Origin: Elusimicrobiaceae bacterium
Lineage (GTDB): Bacteria; Elusimicrobiota; Elusimicrobia; Elusimicrobiales; Elusimicrobiaceae
Direction: 5' to 3'
Length of the DNA: 64,000 nt
NCBI GenBank assembly: GCA_045643265.1
Contig: JAZUKK010000026.1
Span: forward strand, 9,250 to 73,249
This document shows positions 28,232 through 37,149 of the stretch, one piece after another. Every line of letters starts with the position of its first letter. Within the stretch, counting starts at the first letter, position 1. The notes below the pieces were generated by a model that saw only the letters and a list, made by a program, of their open reading frames with translations, was not told the origin of the DNA and searched no databases. Both the position numbers and the translations under genes were made by a program.

Positions 28232-28696
28232 ATGAAAAAAATACTGACTGTGTTAGCCGGGCTCGTCTTGCTGGGGGCTTGCGCCGGCGTACAAGAAGCC
28301 CAAAATTTAGCCAACTGCAAATATGCACTACGCAACGTGGAACTGACCGATTACAATTTAACGTCGCTAGGGTTTACGGTGGTGGTATCTATTACTAACT
28401 TGAACAAGAAACAAGCCGCCCAATTAAAACGCTTTGAGGGGGAACTGACCGTCAACGAAGAACACATGGCAGATGTTACGTTAAAAGATATTTACATTGA
28501 GCCGGATTCTACCAAAAATGCCAAAGCCAAATTTGTCGTACCGCTCAGTATGTTTAACAGCAAACTGATGGGACTACTGAGCATGAAAAGTGCCACCTTG
28601 GACTATCACTTGACGGGTACTATGTATTTTGAAGGCCCGCTAGGGGCCGAAATTCCCATGCCGGTGGACATTGGCCGCTTCGGTAGCGGGAAATAA
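28232..28696 (+). CDS. LEA type 2 / WHy-domain lipoprotein
   Basis: Lipobox LLGA-C. Beta-rich pattern (ITNLN...FEGELTVN...YHLTG). Confidence 0.7.
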   Translation: MKKILTVLAGLVLLGACAGVQEAQNLANCKYALRNVELTDYNLTSLGFTVVVSITNLNKKQAAQLKRFEGELTVNEEHMADVTLKDIYIEPDSTKNAKAKFVVPLSMFNSKLMGLLSMKSATLDYHLTGTMYFEGPLGAEIPMPVDIGRFGSGK

Positions 28697-28720
28697 TTTT
28701 CTATACACACCACACGCTTT

Positions 28721-28758
28721 AAGCCGGGCCGGAGGAAACACCTTCGGCCCGGTTTTTT
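28721..28758 (+). terminator. Intrinsic terminator
   Basis: AAGCCGGGCCGGAGG-aaaca-CCTTCGGCCCGGTTTTTT. Confidence 0.8.
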
Positions 28759-28862
28759 GTGGGTCTAAAGGCCTATTTAGGCAGTGGGGCCAAATCACCA
28801 CTTGGCAACCCGCTCCAAAACGACTATACTAATAGAAGTAGAATACATTATCAGGAGAAAAT

Positions 28863-29654
28863 ATGATAAAACGGTTAATTGCAATGTTGTGTGTTTTGTT
28901 TGTATATGCTCCCTTTGTGCCAAGCGCAATGGGGCAGGTTGTTACCCCGAAAAATATAACGAGAAGAGCAGGACAAGCAGAAAGCGACCATGTCAAATTG
29001 AAACTACTTAGGCGTATCGCACTGACCGAACAATCTCGGATTTCGCAGGAAGAGGATAATAGACTACGCATAATAAGCCAAATCGTTGACACTGTTCCTA
29101 ACGAAAAAAGATTTGAACGCGTCGTGGAAATGGCACAAAATTTGGCGCAATCCCGCATACAAGTAGAAATGTGCCGACGGGACGACTCCTATGAACCGTC
29201 TGAGCATTTTCTTGAGCAACTATGTATGGAGAAACAACAAAAAACAGAAATGGCGCAACGCATAGAAAACCAAGAAAAGGCCCATGACGTCCTCTTATAT
29301 GCAAGTTTGCTAACGTGCCTTGGTCCCGATGAAACCGATTATATCTTTGAAGCCCTGGAGGCGTTCTTAGCGGTACCGAAAGATTACCCCGTACCGACCT
29401 ACCGCGCATCTACTGCGGCTAGCAACGAAAAAGCGAGCCGTGCAACCCTTATTTTGGCTGCCGTGTTAGAAGAACAAACAAGAGAAAATTGGGAATTTTG
29501 GGATGAAAACCGTTCTGTTTTAGTCCGGTTTTTACTTGAACAAGGGGCCGATCCTTTTGCCCAACGCACGGATATTAATGTGAATCTTACCGAAGCGGCT
29601 ATTATTAAATACGGTAGAAATTCACTTACGGTTAAGGCTTTATTAAGCAAATGA
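28863..29654 (+). CDS. Secreted hypothetical protein with an ankyrin-like C-terminal remnant
   Basis: AGGAGA RBS, signal peptide, and LVRFLLEQGADPFA. Confidence 0.6.
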   Translation: MIKRLIAMLCVLFVYAPFVPSAMGQVVTPKNITRRAGQAESDHVKLKLLRRIALTEQSRISQEEDNRLRIISQIVDTVPNEKRFERVVEMAQNLAQSRIQVEMCRRDDSYEPSEHFLEQLCMEKQQKTEMAQRIENQEKAHDVLLYASLLTCLGPDETDYIFEALEAFLAVPKDYPVPTYRASTAASNEKASRATLILAAVLEEQTRENWEFWDENRSVLVRFLLEQGADPFAQRTDINVNLTEAAIIKYGRNSLTVKALLSK

Positions 29655-29672
29655 TATAAAAAATAGTAACAA

Positions 29673-29700
29673 TAAACCCCCGGGCAAAACCAGGGGTTTA
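29673..29700. terminator. Bidirectional intrinsic terminator
   Basis: TAAACCCCcGG-gcaaaa-CCaGGGGTTTA between convergent genes. Confidence 0.65.
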
Positions 29701-29722
29701 TTTTGTTTAACACAAAGCGTTC

Positions 29723-31657
29723 TTACAACAAAATCATCCTCAACACAACCCCGGTTGTCAGGGCCAGCCCCAACGTCAAGGCAACTACGCGCAGCGTATC
29801 TTTCCAGCCGTTCTCACGCAACATGACAAAAAACGTAGCGATACACGGCAAATACAGGGCCATAAATACGCACGCTACCACCAACATCTGCGCCGAAAGA
29901 TTAAACGGCTCTAACAGGGCAATCGCCACATCTTTACGCAAGAACCCCAAAATTAAAAGCGAAGTCGTATCCGCGGGTAACCCCAATATATGTTCCACCG
30001 GATAACGGGATAACCGCGTAATAAAATCAGTTACGCCCGACAGTTGCATTAAATCTACAAATAACACCCCGCACAAAATAAGCGGTAACGCGTCGGCCAA
30101 ATACTCCTTCATCCGCAACCATAATTTGCGCCCCAACGCACGCCAATGCGGCATTTGCCACGACGGGATTTCCATAAACAGTTCCGGGGCCGAACCGTTA
30201 AGCAAGCGGTTCAAAATACTGCCGGCTATAATACCGTTTAGCACCAGTACCCCAAACACAAGCAGTACATATTTTAAGCCGTGGGGGGACAAAATGGAAA
30301 TAATCATCGCCGTTTGAGAAATACACGGCGCCAGCACTAACACCAACGCTAGCGCAATCACACGCTCGCGCCGCGTTTCCAGTACGCGCGCGCCCATCAC
30401 CGCGGGCACTTTACACCCAAAACCGAGCATAATGGGAAGAGCCCCGTAACCGTGCAAACCGATTTTATGCAGTATGCCATCTAATAAAATAGCCAACCGC
30501 GGCAGATAGCCGATATCCCCTAAAAAGCCAAACAATGCGTAAAACGCCAGTACATAACTCATCACATCTACCAAGGCAATTTTTAGGCCGTCGGTCAGCA
30601 CTCCAAAATAGGTTGCACCGCCGTCGCCCACCAACAATAGCCCCAGCCAACTATTGCGCCAAGCTCCGAATAATTTTTCTATAAACGGGAAATAATAATT
30701 TTCGTACAGCGGATCCACAAAACCAATTATACTTTCGCCCACCAAACGAACCAAAAAGAAAGAAATAACCAACACGCCCAGCGCAATCGGAAGGCCCGTT
30801 AGCGGGGTGGTGGCCCATGCTTGAATATGTTCTAAAACCGACGGGTGTTTGTGTCTTACCTCTTGCACTTGACCGATAATTTTACCAATCGTCTGCCATT
30901 TTTCCTCGTCTGTTTTGGGAATAGTAATTTGCGGCCGGTTGGAGTCTAACCGCTCCACCGTATTGGACAGTTCTTTCAACCCTTCCCCAGTGGTCGCCAC
31001 CGTAGGAATTACGGGCATCCCCAATAATTTAGACAATTTTTTCACGTCAATCAAAATACCCTTGCGCTGGGCTTCGTCAAACTTGTTAAGCATCAGCACA
31101 ATGGGTTTATTAAGCGACAACAACTCCAACAAAAAATACAAATTACGCTCTAAATGCGAAGCATCCGCTACACAGATAATAAAATCATACTCCAACTCGT
31201 GAAACAGGTGGTGTTTTTTGCCTTCCATCTGCCATTCTTCTTCCAAGCGGTACAAGCCTGGAATATCAATGATGTCGTAAGATTCTCCGTTAAATTGGGT
31301 CGTGCCGTAATTAAGGCCAACGGTCGTGCCGGGAAAGTTGGACGAAATCACACCCACCCCCGTCAAGCGCGAGAAAATCAAACTCTTGCCCACATTGGGG
31401 TTTCCGGCGAGCAAAAACGTATTTTTTTTGGAAGTAACGATAATTTTTTTGGCGGTTTCGCGCCCGATAGCCACTTCCGTACCCGATACATTTACGAGCA
31501 CCGGACTATTCCCCGGTTGGCGTTTGATAAATTGCCCGCGGACTATGCCCATAGCGGCTAATTTTTCGGTCATGGCGGCGTCGGTCTGAAGCATTTTAAC
31601 TTGGGCAGATTGTCCGGGTTTTAATTGATAAAGCGAACGAAAATTGTTTTTTTCCAT
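29723..31657 (-). CDS. feoB: Fused FeoA-FeoB ferrous iron transporter
   Basis: FeoA domain (LYQLKPGQSA, LAAMGI, VAIGRETA), then GNPNVGKS, SNFPGTTV, DIPG, NKFD, MLGFGCKVP, PCISQ and LYLPCIAT. Confidence 0.93.
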   Translation of the reverse strand: MEKNNFRSLYQLKPGQSAQVKMLQTDAAMTEKLAAMGIVRGQFIKRQPGNSPVLVNVSGTEVAIGRETAKKIIVTSKKNTFLLAGNPNVGKSLIFSRLTGVGVISSNFPGTTVGLNYGTTQFNGESYDIIDIPGLYRLEEEWQMEGKKHHLFHELEYDFIICVADASHLERNLYFLLELLSLNKPIVLMLNKFDEAQRKGILIDVKKLSKLLGMPVIPTVATTGEGLKELSNTVERLDSNRPQITIPKTDEEKWQTIGKIIGQVQEVRHKHPSVLEHIQAWATTPLTGLPIALGVLVISFFLVRLVGESIIGFVDPLYENYYFPFIEKLFGAWRNSWLGLLLVGDGGATYFGVLTDGLKIALVDVMSYVLAFYALFGFLGDIGYLPRLAILLDGILHKIGLHGYGALPIMLGFGCKVPAVMGARVLETRRERVIALALVLVLAPCISQTAMIISILSPHGLKYVLLVFGVLVLNGIIAGSILNRLLNGSAPELFMEIPSWQMPHWRALGRKLWLRMKEYLADALPLILCGVLFVDLMQLSGVTDFITRLSRYPVEHILGLPADTTSLLILGFLRKDVAIALLEPFNLSAQMLVVACVFMALYLPCIATFFVMLRENGWKDTLRVVALTLGLALTTGVVLRMILL

Positions 31658-31798
31658 AAAAGTTAGTTTTTCCTTACTTTTATATTGTACCATTCTAACC
31701 CTTTTTCAGCAAGTGTTTTTATCCGACGGACGCGGCCCGCCCGATTATTTTTTTGTATAATTTAAGAGTAACTCAATATCTTATTAGGAGAAAATACT

Positions 31799-31969
31799 AT
31801 GGCTTATAAAGTAAATCCGGAAGTTTGCATTAACTGCGGTGCTTGCGAATCTGCCTGCCCCGTAACTGCTATTTGCGAAAAAGACGCCAAACGCAACATT
31901 GACGGCTCTAAATGCGTTGAATGCGGTGCGTGCGCGGGAACCTGCCCGGTAAGCGCTATCGCTCTGTAA
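31799..31969 (+). CDS. 2[4Fe-4S] ferredoxin (56 aa, absent from the ORF track)
   Basis: MAYKVNPEVCINCGACESACPVTAI...CVECGACAGTCPVSAIAL has two CxxCxxCxxxCP motifs. TAGGAG RBS and TGTATAAT upstream. Confidence 0.97.
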   Translation: MAYKVNPEVCINCGACESACPVTAICEKDAKRNIDGSKCVECGACAGTCPVSAIAL

Positions 31970-31986
31970 ATTGCAGTTATTTATAT

Positions 31987-32014
31987 AAAGCCCCGCCTAG
32001 TGCGGGGTTTTTTT
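31987..32014 (+). terminator. Ferredoxin terminator
   Basis: CCCCGC-ctagt-GCGGGG followed by a T-run. Confidence 0.85.
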
Positions 32015-32017
32015 GCG

Positions 32018-32111
32018 CAAAAAAAGAGTCGGGCTTTACGCCCAACTCTTTTGTTCAGAACCGTTCGGGGGGTAAATCGAAGGTCCTGGAGGGTAAAAAC
32101 GGTTACTTCTT
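32018..32111 (-). ncRNA. Candidate small RNA (about 95 nt) with two C-rich motifs
   Basis: Minus-strand TTGCAA-17-TATCAT promoter (32146 to 32118). 7-bp stem enclosing UUUACCCUCC and UUUACCCCCC. Terminator GAGUUGGGC/GCCCGACUC + U7 pairs fully only on the minus strand. Confidence 0.55.
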
Positions 32112-32257
32112 TTTTTTATGATACATTGTACAAATCAAAATTGCAAGTTTTTTCGCTAAAATAAAGGTTTATTTATATCTAATTATTTTAGATTATTATA
32201 AAAAAATCCGTCCAACTTCGGCGCGGATTGCTATAATATATTCATATAGGAGGTTGT

Positions 32258-34117
32258 ATGAAAATCACCAAATTGCAAATGACATTAGCGTTGTCGTTTA
32301 CCTCATTACCCATCTTAGTAACGGGCGCCCCCGCACCGGAAGATAATTTAATTTTAGGCGGAAGTTCCCGTTCGGCCACCAGTGCCATTACCCAACAAGC
32401 CACCACCCAACCCGGCGATATTTACCGCGGAACGGTCTTTGGGGCAGAACAGAAAAGTTATCACAGTGATGTACCCGGCGCACGTCCGCTAGCCAAGTCC
32501 AAACTCGTTTATGACACGTCGCTCATCCGCGCCGTTAAAATCAATGATGCCGACCGCGTACGCACCCTTTTGTATGCCCATGCCGACGTCAACGAAAAGA
32601 ACTATGCCGGTATTACTCCGCTAACCATTGCCGGAGAAAAGGGTAATGTAGAAATTTTGCGTCTGCTCATAGAAGACGGCAAAGCCGACGTCAATGAGAA
32701 ATCCAGTTACGGCGTTACCCCGTTAATTGCAGCGGCCGCCGCCGGAAAAGGAGAAGCCGTAACTTATCTGTTACAGCACGGGGCCGATTCCACCCTCAAA
32801 GACGACATGGGGAAAACCGCCCTCATTTACGCCGCCAATTTTAACGATACTAAAACACTGGCCGATTTAACCGCCTTGGATAAAACCTCCCTGAATATTC
32901 CCGACAATTCGGGCAATACCCCGCTGATTTATTCGGCCCAAAGCGGCTATCTGGACAACGTAAAAGTATTACTGGCCAACGGAGCCAACGTAGATTACCG
33001 TAACCCAACCACCGGGTTAAGTGCCTTATCTGCCGCCAGTGCCGAAGGTCATATGCCCGTCGTAAAGTGGTTACTTAAAAATGCGCAGGCCGACATCAAC
33101 TTGCCCGATACCGCCGGACGTACTCCGTTGTTCTACGCCATAGAAAAAGACCAAACCGAAATGGTCCGTTTTCTGTTAGCGAACGGTGCCAACCCAAATG
33201 CCCAAGACCATACGGGCGTTTCCCCGTTGATGCGGGCCTCGGCTACCAACAAACAAGAGATCCAAAAGTTATTACTTCGCCAAAAAGGAATTGACGTAAA
33301 CGCGCAAGACAATTTGGGCCGCAGTGTGCTTGCCTACAGTGTGTATGCCGAAGACCCCACCCCGACGCAAACCTTGCTAAGCGCAAAAGCCGACATCAAT
33401 GTCGCAGATGCCAAAGGCAACACGCCGCTAATGAACGCTATTAAAGCCCAAAAAGACCGCACCGCCGTATTTTTAATTCAACAAGGTGCGTTATTAACCG
33501 CGGTCAACCAATCCGGAGAAACCGCCTTTACACTGGCCAATCAATTTTTGCCTACTTCAGCGACCGCCAACGTACTGGGTGTTAAACGCCAATTGGTGGA
33601 ACAACAAGCCCTGCAAGTAGAAAAGGAAAAATTGGCAGAGGTACAGGCCTTGGAAGAACAACTCAAACAGGCCGAAGCCGCCGTATCTCAATTAAAAGAA
33701 GCGCAAGAAATTCAACTCCAAGAAGAAGCCGCCCAAAGAGAAGCGGCCTTGCGGGAACAAATTGCCCAAGAATTTGAAGAGCAACAAGCCGCATTAGAAG
33801 AAGACTTGGAAATCCAACGCCTGCAACAACAATTGGAACAAGCCAAAGCCAAAAAATCTGCGGCCCTGCAAGCACAAATTGACCAACGGGTAGATGAACA
33901 ACTGGGCCGCGCTACCACCGTTAAAAACACGGCCGTCAAGCAAACGCAAGCGGCCAAAACAACGGCAAAAAAACAAGTAAAACGCGTGCAAACGAAAGCG
34001 ACCGCCAAAGCAAGAGCCGCCAAACAAACGGCTAACAAAACAGCCAAAGCGGTAAAAGCGCAAGCCGCCTCTACCCAAAAAACAGTCGCGCAAACAACCG
34101 CTACTCTTTTGCAATAA
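32258..34117 (+). CDS. Secreted ankyrin-repeat protein with a coiled coil and Lys/Ala/Thr-rich tail
   Basis: Signal peptide and about 10 GxTPL/TAL ankyrin repeats. Confidence 0.9.
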   Translation: MKITKLQMTLALSFTSLPILVTGAPAPEDNLILGGSSRSATSAITQQATTQPGDIYRGTVFGAEQKSYHSDVPGARPLAKSKLVYDTSLIRAVKINDADRVRTLLYAHADVNEKNYAGITPLTIAGEKGNVEILRLLIEDGKADVNEKSSYGVTPLIAAAAAGKGEAVTYLLQHGADSTLKDDMGKTALIYAANFNDTKTLADLTALDKTSLNIPDNSGNTPLIYSAQSGYLDNVKVLLANGANVDYRNPTTGLSALSAASAEGHMPVVKWLLKNAQADINLPDTAGRTPLFYAIEKDQTEMVRFLLANGANPNAQDHTGVSPLMRASATNKQEIQKLLLRQKGIDVNAQDNLGRSVLAYSVYAEDPTPTQTLLSAKADINVADAKGNTPLMNAIKAQKDRTAVFLIQQGALLTAVNQSGETAFTLANQFLPTSATANVLGVKRQLVEQQALQVEKEKLAEVQALEEQLKQAEAAVSQLKEAQEIQLQEEAAQREAALREQIAQEFEEQQAALEEDLEIQRLQQQLEQAKAKKSAALQAQIDQRVDEQLGRATTVKNTAVKQTQAAKTTAKKQVKRVQTKATAKARAAKQTANKTAKAVKAQAASTQKTVAQTTATLLQ

Positions 34118-34139
34118 ACAAAGACGTTATACACAAAAT

Positions 34140-34168
34140 AAACCCCTGGGTTTACCCCAGGGGTTTTT
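34140..34168. terminator. Bidirectional intrinsic terminator
   Basis: AAACCCCTGGG-tttac-CCCAGGGGTTTTT. Confidence 0.8.
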
Positions 34169-34209
34169 AATTGTACGTAACGAACAATACAACGTATAAA
34201 AAACCGGAA

Positions 34210-35649
34210 TTATTTTTTTCGCACGCGCGCCACGAATTGTTGCCACGTTGCGTGCAATTCCCCAGCGGCCTGAGTAGGAAGCGAGGGGGAAACTTTAGCA
34301 AATACCGGTGCAAAATGGCTTGTTACGCCCAGTTGGCTAAAAGCCAACTGCGCCGCGCCCAGTACCGTAGCATCTGCTTGGTGAGAAACTTCTAGCGGCA
34401 GTTGTAAGACGTCCGCTTGAAAAGATGTTAAATAATTACAGTGCGACAACCCGCCCGATACTTGCACCGGCCCTTCCACGGGACACCCGTTATCCCGTAA
34501 ATAAGCCGCAATATCAGCAAGCAAAAACGCAATTGCGCGCACCACGCCGGCTACCCAATCGGGCTTGCGGGTGCGGGGGGATAGATGGTCTATAGATGTG
34601 GGGGTTTCAAAATCCCAATACGGCGCACCTAACCCGCCAAACGCCGGCAAAAATAATACCGGATGTTGCGCACCCGTACATAAAGTATCCAATTCGGCTT
34701 CTTCAAACAAAATACCTTGCGCCTTGAGCCACAAAAGCGCGCTGGCCGCCGCATTGACCGGGCCTTCCAATAAATAATCGCCCGCGTGTGTGCGTGTACT
34801 GGCCGCTAGCGACGTAAGCATCCCCGGCAAAAACTGGGCGTCCGCGCCGGTGTTATACAACCAAAAAGCCCCCGTGCCGTAATTGATTAAACTTTTGTGT
34901 TTGGCCAGTTGAAAATAAACCGCCGCGGCTTGTTGATCGCCCACGCACGCGCAAATGGGAATAGAAACGCCCCGATACGCATAAGTTCCGTAATCACCGG
35001 CCGACGGTTGCAGGGAAGGTAAAATTTCACGCGGCACGCTAAAGGCGTTGCACAAGGCCTCACTCCAAGACAACATTTGTACGTCAAACAGCAGGGTCCG
35101 TTGGGCTAACGTATAATCGGCAGCAAAAGTTTTCCCGCCCGTCAGTTTCCAAATAATGTAGGATGCTATCGGCGCGGCCACCAACTTTCCTTGAGAAACT
35201 AAACTGATGGCTTGCGGTACGTTTTGCAAACTCCACGCTATTTTAGGAGCAGAAAAAAACGGAGTTTTATAAAGCCCGGTTTTGAGATGTATTTCTTCTT
35301 GGCTGACCGGAGCGTCTTGCGCTTGCAACCGGGCGCGGCCGTCCTCCCACGTAAGCACCGGGCCAACCGGCTCGCCCGTGTCGCGGTTCCATAACACAAC
35401 GCTGGAACGCTGGGAAGTAACAGCCAAAGCGGCGGCGTTTTGCGGGCCGATTTTATCCAGCACCGCATGAATAGATCGCTCGGCCGCCTGAAAAAGCGTG
35501 TCTGCCTGATACTCGGATAATCCAACCGCCGGACGCGCCGGAAATAGCGCAACATAGTGTTGCGCCGCAACCGTGCCGTCGGCCCGCACCGCCGCCGCGC
35601 GGCAGCCAGACGTACCCATATCTAACGCAATTACTATATCCTTTACCAT
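34210..35649 (-). CDS. FGGY-family carbohydrate kinase (glycerol kinase-like)
   Basis: LDMGTSG, TSQRSS, GDQQAA, YGTGAF, GLGAPYWD and FQAD motifs. Confidence 0.88.
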   Translation of the reverse strand: MVKDIVIALDMGTSGCRAAAVRADGTVAAQHYVALFPARPAVGLSEYQADTLFQAAERSIHAVLDKIGPQNAAALAVTSQRSSVVLWNRDTGEPVGPVLTWEDGRARLQAQDAPVSQEEIHLKTGLYKTPFFSAPKIAWSLQNVPQAISLVSQGKLVAAPIASYIIWKLTGGKTFAADYTLAQRTLLFDVQMLSWSEALCNAFSVPREILPSLQPSAGDYGTYAYRGVSIPICACVGDQQAAAVYFQLAKHKSLINYGTGAFWLYNTGADAQFLPGMLTSLAASTRTHAGDYLLEGPVNAAASALLWLKAQGILFEEAELDTLCTGAQHPVLFLPAFGGLGAPYWDFETPTSIDHLSPRTRKPDWVAGVVRAIAFLLADIAAYLRDNGCPVEGPVQVSGGLSHCNYLTSFQADVLQLPLEVSHQADATVLGAAQLAFSQLGVTSHFAPVFAKVSPSLPTQAAGELHATWQQFVARVRKK

Positions 35650-35670
35650 TTAGCCGATCTCTTTTTTATA

Positions 35671-36897
35671 TTAAGACGATTTTTCCACCCGCAAACGTAG
35701 TTCTTGGGTGATATGTATCCACTTGCGCAGTTGTGCTTTATCCGACTCGGGCACCGTAGCATCCGTAAGTAAACGGGCAATCGTGGTGGGCGTAGGCGCG
35801 AGCGTTTTATCCAGTAAGTGTAACGCTTGGAGTAACGTCACCAGTTTTGTTTTATCCGTTAGTGAAATTTTATCTGCGCAAAAGATTTCCACCTTAAATT
35901 GTTTACCAAAGTGCCGTTCAAATTTGTTTTTTTGCAAGAGTGCTAAAATTTCCTGTTCCAATTTTTTTTGTTCTTCGTTTATCGCACCTAAACGGTCAAT
36001 TTTTTCCGTCAGCAATTCCGGCTCATTTTTAATCGGTTGCGCCGCGGACAGGGTAGCGGCCAAAGGGGGCGTAACACTTGCCGGTTTGCGCGCCCCGTAG
36101 CCGGTGGGGCCGTTATATTCTTTTCCCGTAAACACCGGGCAGAGATTACGGTAATCGCACCAACGGCATTGGTTTTCGCCGGGAGTGGGGGCAAATTGAC
36201 CCGCCCGGATTTTATCGGCAATTTGCAAGACCCCCTGCCAAAATTCAAAAATTTCTTTATCCGAAGCACGTTCAAATTTAAGTTCCGTCAACGTAGGCAA
36301 ATGATAAAAACTCAATTCGCTCACCTGTACGTTTTTGACCGACGGATCTTTGGCCTGCACAAGGGCTTTAATGACGGGGGAATTTTCCACTACTTTTTGG
36401 TACATATACAATTGGTCCGGCTCGCGCTGGACGGTTTTGCCGGTTTTATAATCCAAAATTTTAATTTTCCCGTCGCCTAAATAGTCCATACGGTCCAAAA
36501 TGCTGATTAAACTCAGCCCGTCCATATCCAAAGTGCTTTTGATTTCTACAGAAAGCGGGTGTTTGAACGTAGCGGCGTTGGCGGCATAAAAAGTTTCTAA
36601 AATGCGGCGGCCCTCGGCATAGCCCTCTAATTCTTTGTCCACCGAGGAATATCCTTTTTGTTCAAAAGAGGTTTTGTTCCAAGTAGTATCAAAAAAAGCG
36701 AGTGCTTCCGCCAACGTGGGGAACACCGGTTTAGTGGGGTTATAAATAAATTCCATGACGGCATGCAGAGCCGAACCAAACGCAAAATAACATTTGGGTT
36801 GCTCGGGCAACATGTGGACGTAGCGGAACTTGTACTTTTGCGGACACTCCTTGTACATCCCCATTTTAGAATAAGAAAACGACAAATTTTTAGCCAT
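35671..36897 (-). CDS. PD-(D/E)XK nuclease (RecB/AddB/Cas4-like, Fe-S staple)
   Basis: ECPQKY, LDRMD, LDYKTG, QLYMY and CRWCDYRNLC motifs. Confidence 0.88.
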   Translation of the reverse strand: MAKNLSFSYSKMGMYKECPQKYKFRYVHMLPEQPKCYFAFGSALHAVMEFIYNPTKPVFPTLAEALAFFDTTWNKTSFEQKGYSSVDKELEGYAEGRRILETFYAANAATFKHPLSVEIKSTLDMDGLSLISILDRMDYLGDGKIKILDYKTGKTVQREPDQLYMYQKVVENSPVIKALVQAKDPSVKNVQVSELSFYHLPTLTELKFERASDKEIFEFWQGVLQIADKIRAGQFAPTPGENQCRWCDYRNLCPVFTGKEYNGPTGYGARKPASVTPPLAATLSAAQPIKNEPELLTEKIDRLGAINEEQKKLEQEILALLQKNKFERHFGKQFKVEIFCADKISLTDKTKLVTLLQALHLLDKTLAPTPTTIARLLTDATVPESDKAQLRKWIHITQELRLRVEKSS

Positions 36898-36995
36898 ATA
36901 TTTCCCCGAAAACAAGATAGTCTTATTGTAGCATTTTAGCGCGGGTCTTATTTTTTTTGTGTATTTCGTCAATTTTTAGTAGAATAATCGTATGA

Positions 36996-37067
36996 GCCCC
37001 CATAGCTCAATGGATAGAGCACCCGCCTTCTAAGCGGATGATATAGGTTCGATTCCCATTGGGGGTA
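36996..37067 (+). tRNA. tRNA-Arg(TCT)
   Basis: GCCCCCA/TGGGGGT acceptor stem, GCTC/GAGC D stem, CT-TCT-AA loop and TTCGATT T loop. One mismatch each in the anticodon and T stems. Confidence 0.9.
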
Positions 37068-37149
37068 TTTTTTTGCCCCCTAAGAAATCTCTTGCAGCGG
37101 GCCTAACGAAGTTGTATCATTATGTAGAAACTGTGGAAATGGTTACCTA

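Noticed and set aside
31660-31798. Fur box between feoAB and ferredoxin
   Set aside because: No convincing match to GATAATGATAATCATTATC or the 7-1-7 form.
35671-36897. Cas4 call for the Fe-S nuclease
   Set aside because: No array or cas genes nearby. The RecB/AddB-like family explains the motifs equally well.
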